Assembly (NCBI GenBank): GCA_965112735.1
Contig: OZ218956.1
Span: forward strand, 1,116,001-1,180,000
DNA from: Phaeosaccion multiseriatum
Taxonomy: Eukaryota; Protista; Ochrophyta, other classes
Direction of reading: 5' to 3'
DNA length: 64,000 nucleotides
Part shown: piece by piece, positions 34,578 to 45,785 of the stretch
Position numbering within the stretch: position 1 is the first letter of the stretch
Layout: the number at the start of each line of letters is the position of its first letter
The notes under the pieces: model-generated
Told to the model about the DNA's origin: nothing
The model's input: the letters and a program-made list of their open reading frames with translations, nothing else
The model's database searches: none
Program-made: the position numbers and the translations under genes

Positions 34578-36259
34578 GAGGGAGGGAGTATGCCAACAGT
34601 ACTACACGAGAGGCCTTGTCAGGGAGTGTCTGTGGTTGTGTTGAATAGACCCGAGGCTCTCAATGCACTGGACCTGGACATGATTGACCAGCTGCGTGCC
34701 ATCTCCTTGGAGGCGGGCCAGGAGGGAGGCCCGAGGTGCCTCATCATGAAGGTACGGAGGAGGTAAGATGAAGGGGAAAACTCCCGCTGCACGAGCTCAT
34801 TGAACGAGTGCGTTTGTGTCCCGCCCTGCTTACAGGGGGCTGGAGGCAAAGCCTTCTGCGCAGGGGGGGACGTCAAGTCCTTGCGAGAGGTGGGGCTGAA
34901 GGCCTCGGAGCCTTTCGTGCCTGGCCAGGCGGGAGACCCACGGTCCGACTTTTTCCGCAAGGAATACGTTGTGGACCATGCCTTGGCGATGCTTGACACA
35001 TCCCACAACGTGAAGCAGGTGAGGTCAGCCGAGGAGCCACCACTCCACCGACACTCTGTCTCTATACGAGGGAGGTGGGGAGAGGGGGGCTGGGGGGTGA
35101 GGCTGTAAGAGAAGGGGGAAGGGGGGGATATTATGACCTTTCACGCACCGGCAATTTTTATATTTCGTCCTTTTGCGCGTGGTCAGGTGTCTTTGTGGGA
35201 TGGAGTGGTGATGGGCGGCGGGGCGGGCGTGTCTGTCCATGGAGCGTACCGCGTGGCCACGGAGAACTCTCTCTTCGCAATGCCCGAGACAGGGATCGGC
35301 CTCTTCCCGGACGTGGGCAGCTCGGCCTTCTTGTCCAGGCTGGAGGGCGGCGTGGGCCTGTACGTTGCCCTCACCGGGGCGCGCTTGAAGGCGGCGGATC
35401 TGTTGTACAGCGGTCTTGCCACGCACTACGTGCCATCTGCCAAGCTGCCAGCGCTGGAGGAGCAGATTGTGAAGAGCGATGGGAGGGACCTGAGGGCTGT
35501 GCTGGAGCGCCTGGAAGAACCGTGAGTGGACCCCATTCTCTCTTGGGGGTCATGCGTGCAAGCCGTCACTTCTCACTTCCTCGCTTTGTCTGTGTTGACT
35601 TCTTTTTCCAAGCCAGTTTGGAGCTAAACGGATGTCATCTCGCCACCCACCGAAACGCCATTGATGCGCACTTCGCCGCCTCATTCTCAGCCCAGTCATT
35701 GCTTCAAGTGGAAGACATTGTCGCTTCACTAGAGCAAGAGGCGCAGCGAGAGGGGGCCCGAGAGTGGGCCAAGAAGACGCTATCCACTCTGGACCGCATG
35801 TCTCCCTTGAGCCTCAAGGTCACTGCCAGACTGCTGCAGGAGGGGAAGCGCCTACCTCAGCTGCACCAGAACTTTGAGATGGAGTTTAGGCTCGTGCAAA
35901 GGTTAGTCAGAGAGGTTTGCTTGGGCAGGGAAGGGAGGAAGGGGTGGGTGACAATGGATTCTCCAGCAGGACACATGGGCGTATGGGCATGGTGGGCGTA
36001 TGGGCACACTTCTCCACAAGGTTCGTCAGATCAGCGGCCCCAATTCCCCTCCTCCTCCCCTCTTCCCTCTTGCCTCTTGAACGTTTATAGAGCCGTGAGC
36101 AGCACCGACTTCATGGAAGGCGTGCGTGCCGTGCTCGTGGACCGCGACAGCAGGGAGAAGAAGCCCAAGTGGAGCCCTGCCACGCTGCAGGAGGTGTCGC
36201 AAGGGAACGTGCAGGCCTACTTCGAGCGCCTGCCTGCAGAGCACGAGCTCAAGCTGTGA
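34410..36259 (+). CDS. HIBCH: 3-hydroxyisobutyryl-CoA hydrolase, mitochondrial-type (crotonase family)
   Basis: LNRPEALNALDLDM, GAGGKAFCAGGDVK, WDGVVMGGGAGVSVHG, FAMPETGIGLFPDVG, MSPLSLKVT, DFMEGVRAVLVD and PKWSP. Confidence 0.95.
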
Positions 36260-36792
36260 TGGACGATGGGGAGGGGGAGGGCTCAGGAGGGCACGCGGGG
36301 CGGAGGCCTCCGGAGTGGGAACATTGCCCTGTACATAGTATGAACATATCCAGAACGATGTAAATATGAAAGCGGATGTGCTCATTGAATTTGCTTTAGA
36401 CATACGCGTCCCTGGGTTAAAGGCACGTCGTGATTGTTCAAAAAAAGAGGCCTTTTCGATGGGATTGGGAGCAGGGCCCAGGGGGGCAGCGGTGCGGTGG
36501 GGTGCGGTGCTGCTGCCGCGGCAGTCCTCTATCTGTTGTGGTTATCATGGGGGGGCTTTCCTTCCGTCTCATGTCCTTGAAATGCCATCCATTGCCCTTA
36601 GACTCGGGTGTCTGTATACTATTCGTAAACTGACTATATACTTGAGCCCGTGTTCCGACCACGTTCTGTATGTGCTCCAGAGAGGAGGCTGCTTCGCCAC
36701 CGCTGCTGTGCCTCTGGTAAGAGACTTGACCTTCCTTCTCCTTGTCCTTCACAACCTCTCCTCTGCTACATATTGGCGCTTCTGCGCTGTTC

Positions 36793-38658
36793 TCATTGCG
36801 CCATGGACTTTTTGAATTCGGCCACAGTATGGGTCCAGTTATCCCTGGGCATGACTGCGTGTGGCGTAGATAAGGGGGGGGGGGGGGGCAAAAGAGTCCG
36901 AGCATGTGTATGTGAGGGGGCAAGGATGCCGAGAGCAGCGCAGGGGAAGAGGCGCTGCGGGTCTCGATGTTGCCGCCGTTGCCACCTTCGTTTCTACATG
37001 GACTTGCAGCTTCTCAAAAGAGCCCCACACTCCGCATCTTCTCTCCCCTCTCTCATCTACTCTTGGCACGTACAATGGAAGAAGGTATTTGCGTAGTAGT
37101 TGCCCCTCATGGGCTTGGGCCGGCCGTGAAGGACGCTCGCGCTCTCGTAGAGGACGAGGTCTCCAGGCTCCAGCGTCACCTCCCTCGCCACTCCGTCGTG
37201 CCCCTTGACATACAGCGCCCACGGCTCGTCCACATCCTGCGCACGGAACACACGGAAGGAAATACCCACATGCAAGAGGAAGTAAGAACGACTGCCTCCT
37301 GGCTACTCGAGAAAGAGCACAGGGCCGTGGGGGAGGAGGCGCTCCTCTCTTCCGCCCACTGCCCCGCCCAATGTCCCGTACCTGGTCCACATTGATGATG
37401 CCCGAGATGACGTGCGTCTCCACTCTGTCCACGTGGTTAGCCAGGATGGAGTTGTTGTAGTAGAAGCGGATACCGTACCCCGCCGTGTACACCAGAGGGA
37501 CGCCGCTCCACTCCTCGAAGACCGGTTGGAGATCCTTCTGAGTCTTCATCCTGTGGTGGTCAGAGAAAGAAGTTGTTCCATGAGCTCTCTCAGCACACAT
37601 ACGAAACGACACGTATACTCGATTGGTGCAGCTACAGGGTTCAGAAATTGCCCACAATGTCATGTCCTTACGTACGTTAGATCGGCGGGCATGTACTTCA
37701 TAAAGGTCGGGCTTTCCCAGTAGTTGACGTAAGTGTTGGTCCGGTCCCAGCCCTCGTCCCGGGGCTTATCGGGTGTGTTGTAGAACTCCAGCAGGCGGGC
37801 AAACGTCTCCTCGGGCACGCGTGTCTTGAGATAGCCGTAGTCGGTGAACTTGGGCATGTGCCGGGGCTGAGGAGAGGAACACAAAAGCGCACGCACCTCA
37901 TGTTGTGAGGAGCGAACTTGATTGCGCGGAGTCCTCCCCCAGTTTCAGAGGGCACATACCTGTTTGCCATTGTAAAGGAGCCTCTGCTCTTCGTTATGCA
38001 ACCTGTGTTGTCTTATATGGGCGTCGGCCTCCCCCTCCCACAAGTTGTTTAGGGTCTGTCCCTTCTCAAACATTGGGTAGCACGCACTGCCCAACCCGCA
38101 CAGATCAGCCTGCGAGCGAAGGGATGTCAGAGCCAAGCACATTGTCCAGGGTCGTGAGCAGTCACAAAATGCACTCCTCACCAGGGGGGGGGGGGGGGGC
38201 AGGGAGCGGAAACGCGGAACAGAAAAAAAAAAAGAGTGACGGCCCCATTCCGCGTAAATGGAAAGCAGCTAGGGTGTGTGCCCTGGACCTCCAAAGCCAC
38301 GCTTCCAGCCCTGTTCTGTTCCTGCTTGGTTGTCTCTTTATCCCCCCAGTACGGCTCGTACCTCTCCTGGTGCGAGCTGCAAGGCGGGGAAGCTGTGCAC
38401 CACCGTGCCTACCAATTCAGGGGGCACAGGTTGCGCTGCCTCGGATGATCTGGAGCCACCTGTCGCGTCCTGCGCTGCTCCCGACCCAGCCCCGCCTGCC
38501 CCTGCCGCTGTCCCCTCGCCCTGAAAGACTTGGACGACAACCCCGAGCAGAACGACGAAGCCGAGAATGCCCAGCCCGACGAAGTTGCTGGACCCCCAGC
38601 TCTCCTCCTTCTTGCCTCCCTCCTTCTTGACCTTCACCTCGCCTGGTCTTCGCAGCAT
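36793..38658 (-). CDS. Type II membrane 2OG-Fe(II) dioxygenase (prolyl-hydroxylase-like), multi-exon
   Basis: TM segment FVGLGILGFVVLLGVVVQVF. Motifs EEWSGVPL, YGIRFY, HVDR (HxD), HVISGIINVDQ and VLYESASVLHGRP, ending YANTFFH|FMP...AQ*. Confidence 0.85.
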
Positions 38659-38823
38659 ACTTGTCCTTTTTCTCCTCTCGTGTTAGACTTTCTTTAGAAT
38701 TTTCCAAATCCTATCGTTCCTTGAAAGCAATCAATCAAGCCGCCTTCGTCTGATGCGCAACACCATCCCGTGACGTTACAGAATCTCTGTCAGAGAGGTA
38801 AAAGAAGCTCTCGCCCGGTGCTG

Positions 38824-39654
38824 ATGGGAAGGGCAGGAGGAGCAAAGGACGAGGCAGGGGACGAGACCTGCGCGATCAATGGTCTCAGTCGAGTGGAGAA
38901 GTGGTGCAATGTGCGAAGGGCACTCATCAGTCGCCTCAGCAGCCTGCTCGATCCTGCCGCGAATGGAGCCTCCAACTCTGGCGAAGAGGGGAGCGATGGA
39001 GAAGCAAAGAGGAGAAGGAGCGAAGGTGACGTCAACCCACCAAGGCTGCAAGGAGCTGTGTTCCGCCACAGGGAGGCCTTGTTGACGCCAGTGCGTCTCC
39101 ACCTTGTGGAGGCGCTCCGCAAAGCGACTATTGAGGCGGTATTGACAGCTTGCCAAGACGCAGATCGTGCTGCTGCTATGGAGGATGCCAGTTCCGCTGC
39201 TGCTGCTGCGGCGGCGGCAGCGGCTGCCGCCAGGGTGGGGCTTGGCAGTGGGTCCAGCGACTCTTCTTCTTGTCGCCACGCTAGCCCTGGCTACGACCAG
39301 GCCTTTATTCACGGTCAAAGTCAGGGCCATCATATCTATCGAAGGTCGTCTCGAGGTTTGGCTGCTGCTGCTGCCGCTGCAGCCGCTGCTAGGGCCAATA
39401 TTCCGGACGAGACGGCCATTCGAAGCCACCGCCTGCTTGTGGAAATCGCATGTTTCGGCATTGCTGACTTGGGAGACAAGGAGGGCGCACGCTTGGAGCG
39501 TATCCTGGGTGTGCAGCTACTCAACAACCCACTCATGTGCAGTGTGAATGTACTTGGCAAGCCCGCAAAGCTGCACGACAAGATGAGACTCCTGGTGCGT
39601 ATACAGGCCGCCACGCGCCCCCAACAAGGAGTTATATAACTCCCTCCCTCTGCT

Positions 39655-39692
<38 letters not shown>

Positions 39693-42600
39693 ACCCAGCC
39701 GATCGACGGGGGCACTGTAAGCCAAGTCCACTGCGCACTGTTGAGGCACTACCTCCGGCACCTCCTCCGAGGATCAGGTACTAGGTGGGCCGCTCCTCGA
39801 GTGTCGGAGCTGTCCGCGGAGGAGAGGGAGCAGCTAGAGGCGCTGGAAGGGATGGCGCTGAGGGGACTAGGAGAGGAGGGGCAGAGGCAACAAGACAGCG
39901 AGAGGGAGCCAGCCCTGCTTGCCGTGGCCAACGTGGTGCTGCTGGTGCTGCGGGTGAAGCGCAAAGCGATTGAGGCCAAGAATAGGATCCAGGAGCGGAA
40001 GCGCGCCAGACGGAAACGGAAGAGGGTACTGAGTGATTGCTGGGAGACGTGGGTGGATGGGGTGCGTCGAGGAAAGCTGTGGAGAATGAGGATAGAGAGG
40101 GAGGAAGAGGAGGCGACAAGGCGGAAGCTACGGGAACAGGAGCAGGCAGGTCTGCGAGAGCTGCAGGAGAGATTGGAGCAAGAAGAGAGGGGCCGGCTTG
40201 CCCTGCTTCAAAGGAAAGAGGAAGAAGCGAGAGTGGCCACAGAAAAGCGAAAGTCCGAGTGGGAGAACCAATTCTTTCGAGAAAAGGCAGAGATAGAACA
40301 CAAGAGGGAGAAGGCGGACAAGCTGCTCGAGGAGGAGGAGAGGAGGCGGAGAGAGGAGCTGAGAGTGTTGCTGGAGCAGGAGGAGCGGGCGGCGAGGGCA
40401 GCGATGGAAGAGCGACTACGGGCCATGCAGGTAGAGGCCGAGGAAGAGCATGCTAAAGCTCTACGTCAACTCCATCGGGCGGATGCTGACGCGGCAGCCC
40501 AGAGGCGACGCGAGAGCCTCAAGGACGAAGCCGCGAGTGTGGTGGCAGCAGCGGCGACAGCAGCGACAGCAGCCTCGGCAGCGGTAGCAATAGCGGCGGC
40601 CAAAGCGAAGGCCGAGCAGAAGAAACTGAAAGAGGCCGAGGAAGCGGAAGAGGCGAGGCGGAGGGAAGCGCTCAAGGCCCGTCTGGAGCAAGAGGAGAGG
40701 GACGCTAGAGAGGGACTGCAGGGTCGTCTGGCCGAGGAGGAGGCGAGAGAGAGAGAGAACAAGAGGAGAGCAGAGCAAGAGGAAGAAGAGCAGAGGCGGA
40801 GGGGACGAAAAGAGGAAGAGGAAGCGGAGAAGGAGAGGAGGAGGGAAGCGCTCCAGGCCCGCCTGGAGCAAGAGGAGAGGGACGCTAGAGAGGGACTGCT
40901 GCATCGTCTGGCCGAGGAGGAGGCGCGCGAGAGAGAGAGCAAGAGGAGAGCAGAGCAAGAGGAAGAAGAGCAGAGGCGGCGGGCTCTGGCCGCGAGGGAA
41001 GAGGAGATGGAGGAGGAGGAGGAGGCGAATAGAGTGCAACGGGAGAGCCTGATTGAGGAGGCCGAGCAAATGGCGGCGGCGGCAATCGCGGTGGCCAAGG
41101 CAGCCGCAATGGCAGCAGAGGAGGAGGAAGAGAGGCGGAAAAGAGAGGTAGAGGAGCAGCTGCTGGCGGAAGAGAGACTGGCGAGGGAGAGAATCGAGGC
41201 AGCCAAGGAGGAAGAGGCAGCGACGAGGAGACGCCGCCAGAGTGTGAGTGAAGAGGCGGATCACATCGCTGCAGCCCTGGCGGCGGAAGAGCAGAGGAGG
41301 AAGGCGGAGATGGAGGCGGAGGAGAGGGCGAGGAGGGAAGAGCTCCAAGCTCGCATCGAACGAGAGGAGGTGGAGCGAAGGCGTGCGATGGAGGAGCGAC
41401 TGGCGGAGGTGGAGCGGGAGGTGCGGGACAAGCGGGAGAGAGAGGAAGCGGAGGAAGCGAGGCGGAAGGAAGCGCTCCAGGCCCGCCTGGAGCAAGAGGA
41501 GAGGGACGCCAGGGAGGGACTGCAGGGTCGTCTGGCCGAGGAGGAGGCGCGCGAGAGAGAGAGCAAGAGGAGAGCAGAGCAAGAGGAAGAAGAGCAGAGG
41601 CGGCGGGCTCTGGCCGCGAGGGAAGAGGAGATGGAGGAGGAGGAGGAGGCGAATAGAGTGCAACGGGAGAGCCTGATTGAGGAGGCCGAGCAAATGGCGG
41701 CGGCGGCAATCGCGGTGGCCAAGGCAGCCGCAATGGCAGCAGAGGAGGAGGAAGAGAGGCGGAAAAGAGAGGTAGAGGAGCAGCTGCTGGCGGAAGAGAG
41801 ACTGGCGAGGGAGAGAATCGAGGCAGCCAAGGAGGAAGAGGCAGCGACGAGGAGACGCCGCCAGAGTGTGAGTGAAGAGGCGGATCACATCGCTGCAGCC
41901 CTGGCGGCGGAAGAGCAGAGGAGGAAGGCGGAGATGGAGGCGGAGGAGGTGGAGCGAAGGCGTGCGATGGAGGAGCGACTGGCGGAGGTGGAGCGGGACG
42001 TGCGGGACAAGCGGGAGAGAGAGGAGGTGGAGGAAACGAGGCAGAGGGAAGCGCTCCAGGCCCGCCTGGAGCAAGAGGAGAGGGACGCTAGGGAGGGACT
42101 GCTGCATCGTCTGGCCGAGGAGGAGGCGCGCGAGAGAGAGAGCAAGAGGAGAGCAGAGCAAGAGGAAGAAGAGCAGAGGCGGCGGGCTCTGGCCGCGAGG
42201 GAAGAGGAGATGGAGGAGGAGGAGGAGGCGAATAGAGTGCAACGGGAGAGCCTGATTGAGGAGGCCGAGCAAATGGCGGCGGCGGCAATCGCGGTGGCCA
42301 AGGCAGCCGCAATGGCAGCAGAGGAGGAGGAAGAAAGGCGGAAAAGAGAGGTAGAGGAGCAGCTGCTGGCGGAAGAGAGACTGGCGAGGGAGAGAATCGA
42401 GGCAGCCAAGGAGGAAGAGGCAGCGACGAGGAGACGCCGCCAGAGTGTGAGTGAAGAGGCGGATCACATCGCTGCGGCCCTGGCGGCGGAAGAGCAGAGG
42501 AGGAAGGCGGAGATGGAGGCGGAGGAGAGGGCGAGGAGGGAAGAGCTCCAAGCTCGCATCGAACGAGAGGAGGTGGAGCGAAGGCGTGCGATGGAGGAGC

Positions 42601-44714
42601 GACTGGCGGAGGTGGAGCGGGACGTGCGGGACAAGCGGGAGAGAGAAGAGGCGGAGGAGGAGAGGCTCCGAGCCCTTGCGCGCGAGGCCCGAGAGAAGGA
42701 GGAGGCGGATAATGACAAGGCTGTGCGGGTGCGGCGGCAGAGCGTGGCAGACGAGGCCGAGCAAATGGCGGCCGCGGTGGCGGCGACGGCGGAGGCAGCG
42801 GCAGCAGCAGCGGCAGCGGCGGCAGAGGAGGAGGCGTGGAGACAGGAGGAGATACGCGAGAGAGAGCTGCAGATGGCGACTACTCTGGCAGAGGTGGAGA
42901 GGAGGCAGGCCGAGGAGGAGGCGGAGAGGCTTGCGCTGCAGGGAGAGGCGCAGCGTCTGTCCGAGCTCAGTCACAAGCTGAACGAGGTGAGTGGTTTGAT
43001 GCACAGCCAGCCCACTGTGGTGGGCGGCCTCTCCAAGGCAGAGCAAGGCACGTGTAGGATGGGTCAAGCAATGAAAGCCCTCTCTTATGCATGCCTCAGA
43101 ACGAGCGACGGATGAGGGAGGACAAGGAGAAGCTGCAAGACAAGGTCTCCTCTGCCCACGCCAAGACGAAAGAGAGGCAAGCGGCCATTCGAGCGGAGCT
43201 GCAGCGCCAGCGGTGCTTCAACGCTTGGCGGAGTCGCACGGACGTCATGCGGAAAGCGAGGCAGCAGGCCGAGCTCATGTTCCTGGCCAGTCGCAGGGAG
43301 CGTCTCTTGACTTACTACGAGGAGTGGGCCATCGCGTCGGGACTGGTGCGTGACTGGCGGAGTCGAAAGAAGAAAGTCGAATAAGAAGCAAAGAACTTAC
43401 TGCCCTTGATTGCTTGCTGCCTTCCCTTCCCACGCAGGTGCACGCCTTGAAGAATCGCTGCCTCCGCCGAGAGAAGGCCCTCCTCAAGAATGTGATGAAG
43501 GCCTGGATCATCTTTACGGAGTACCGGAGGGAGGTGAGAGTGAAGGATACACATACGTGCATGCACACACGCACATGCCCCCTGGCTGGTCGACACTTTT
43601 ATCAACCGCTCTCTCCCCCCGCCCTCTCCCAGAAACGCATCGCAAAGGCTCTCGCCCTGGAGGAGCAAGGCATCAAGGCCGACGTCATGACGGCCTGGGC
43701 GGGCGCCGTGGCGGCCGACAAGTTCTACCGCATGAAACTCCTCATTACCGTCATGATTCACTGGAAGGGGGCCTCGCGTGCCTCCGCTCTGGGCAAGCGG
43801 GTGCGGCAGCAGTGCTTCCGCGGGTGGAGGCTGCGAACGGAGCGCATGCTGGAAGCTCGAGAAGAGGCGGAGCTCAGGGGCAGAGCCAAGGCCAAAGAGC
43901 GCCTCCTCGCAGTGTACGAGGGCTGGGCAATTGCGGCGGGACTGGTAAGGGCGAGTCCTGTTCAATGGAGGAGAGGAGAGTGGCTGGCTGAAGCCGACAG
44001 CTGGCTTGCCCCGCTGCTGCTTGTTGCCTCGGTGGCTGAAGCGCTGCCGCTGCTGCCGTTGTTGCTTGTCTTGCTTTGTGCTTGACTTGCCGTGCCTCCC
44101 TCAGGTGCACGCCTTGAAGAATCGCTGTCTGCGGAAGGAAAAGGCGCTGCTGCAGAACACGTACAGCGCCTGGAGGCTCTTTGCAGAGTACAGACGGGAG
44201 GTGCGTGAGTTGGCCGAGCGAGGCGAGGGCAGGGGTGCGTCGTCTTTACTTCAGCCGGTGCGAACACACACACACACACACATCCTGCTTGGCTGATCAC
44301 GCGAAGCAAGGACGAGAAGTGAGACAGAAACACCAAAGTCAACCCTCCACTGCCCTACTGACCAGCCACCTGCCGCCCGCCCACCGCCCGGTCGGTCGCT
44401 CGCAGAAACATGAAGCCCGGGAGGAGAGACTGCTCAAGGCCGACGTGATGACGGCCTGGGCAGGCGCAGTGGCGGCCGACAAGTTCTACCGCATGAAGCT
44501 GCTCATCACCGTCATGATTCACTGGAAGGGAACCTCGCGCGCCGCATCCGCTACGCGCGAGGTCACAAGAAGACGGAGCGACGAATCAGGACCCACCGCC
44601 ACTGAGCTTGCCCGTGCTGCAAAGTGGGAGGAGGAGGAGGAGGAGGAGGAGGACCAGCGGAGCACACCACAAACCCCCGCCTTGGCCTTGCCGGGCCAAG
44701 CAGCGGCAGGATAG
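38824..44714 (+). CDS. Sfi1-like centrin-binding protein with a long E/R/A-rich helical repeat spacer
   Basis: C-terminal Trp-anchored repeats match the Sfi1 consensus Ax7LLx3(F/L)x2W(K/R): ADKFYRMKLLITVMIHWK occurs twice, plus RCFNAWR, VMKAW, CFRGWR and TYSAWR. The ~1100-aa central exon is EEERRR-rich. Confidence 0.7.
40848..42660 (+). repeat. Three near-identical in-frame coding repeats (start-to-start spacing 624 and 579 bp)
   Basis: GCGCTCCAGGCCCGCCTGGAGCAAGAGGAGAGGGACGC occurs at 40848, 41472 and 42051, with a partial older copy at 40668. Confidence 0.95.
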
Positions 44715-45087
44715 TATGGCTGGAGCCATAAACGGACATGAATCATGCGCAGCCAGTTGGTTCTTCGCCCTCCCCCCGAGTTGGATAGCAGAGAGTAGCG
44801 CAAGCCCGCCACACACTTTGCGCCTTGCTTGGTTTCTCGGTCAGAAGTAATGTGCCTTTATAACAAAGTATGTGTAGGGCAACCTGGACAAAGCGATGCA
44901 AACGCCGAGGAAGACAATCCATGATTTTTTATAGTCTATACTCTCTCTATGCGCTGTGAGTGCAAGCGCTTTCCCCCCCCTGATTCTTTTTATACCAACA
45001 TGTCCTGAACTGGAGTGGCGTGATCGTGTATCAATAAGTGAGTGAGGAGGGGGGGGGAGGTCGTGAGGGGAGGCTGGTGAGTGAGAG

Positions 45088-45099
45088 AAAAAAAAAAAA
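45088..45099 (-). terminator. Pol III oligo-T terminator of the tRNA gene
   Basis: A-run on + (T-run on -) a few bases 3' of the tRNA. Confidence 0.8.
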
Positions 45100-45106
45100 T
45101 AGTTGG

Positions 45107-45203
45107 GGGTCCCGCCGGGTCTCGATCCCGGTACCTTCTCAGGTTTCAAAGAATGTGAGTTTCAGCTGTTAATGAGATGCGATTCCACGTTCGCCACGGG
45201 ACC
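45107..45203 (-). tRNA. tRNA-Val(AAC) with a 24-nt canonical intron (45143-45166)
   Basis: Cloverleaf: acceptor GGTCCCG/CGGGACC, D stem GCGA/TCGC, anticodon stem TCTCA/TGAGA with TT-AAC-A|intron|C, and T stem CCGGG/CCCGG. Confidence 0.9.
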
Positions 45204-45785
45204 TTGTACTTGTCTCATATTTTCGACCCGATCTGAATATCCTGATTTTCTCCTCCTATTTTTTCATCGTTTTTTTTTTTTTAGACTTACGTTCTGTGTC
45301 GGCCCCTGACAAGGTTCTGGGTTCCAGGTTCTGGCCGGCGCCAGCCGGCCGGGTTCCAGGTTCTGGCCGGCGCCAGCCGGCCAGGTTCCAGGTTCTGGGG
45401 GAACGCCATGTAATAAGGCAATGATAAAGTGAGCCACCTAGGATGTGGGACAGACCACACACCCCAGACAACCAACAGCAAGGGGTTCGTATCCTATGTT
45501 GAGCGTGTATTAGCTTTCTTTATCAATCTCACTTCCCTATCTATCCTTCTCCTGCGACATGCATGCCGTTCATATGAAGCACGTGTTCCCCAACTGGCGA
45601 CAATCCGGATTCGAACATACCAAACACCTTTTGAGACTCCACAAAAGGCTTCTCTCTCTCCCAGCCTTCTTGTATTACTTCGATTACTTATATGAACACC
45701 AACTGCACTTTACGTTCCTCATGCTACCTAACTTCCCCCCTCATGCCTCTGGCAAAACTCGCTGTACTCTGTTCTCGGCATTCTG

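Noticed and set aside
40461-43067. 868-aa minus-strand ORF and nested antisense ORFs
   Set aside because: Antisense shadow of the purine-rich repetitive exon.
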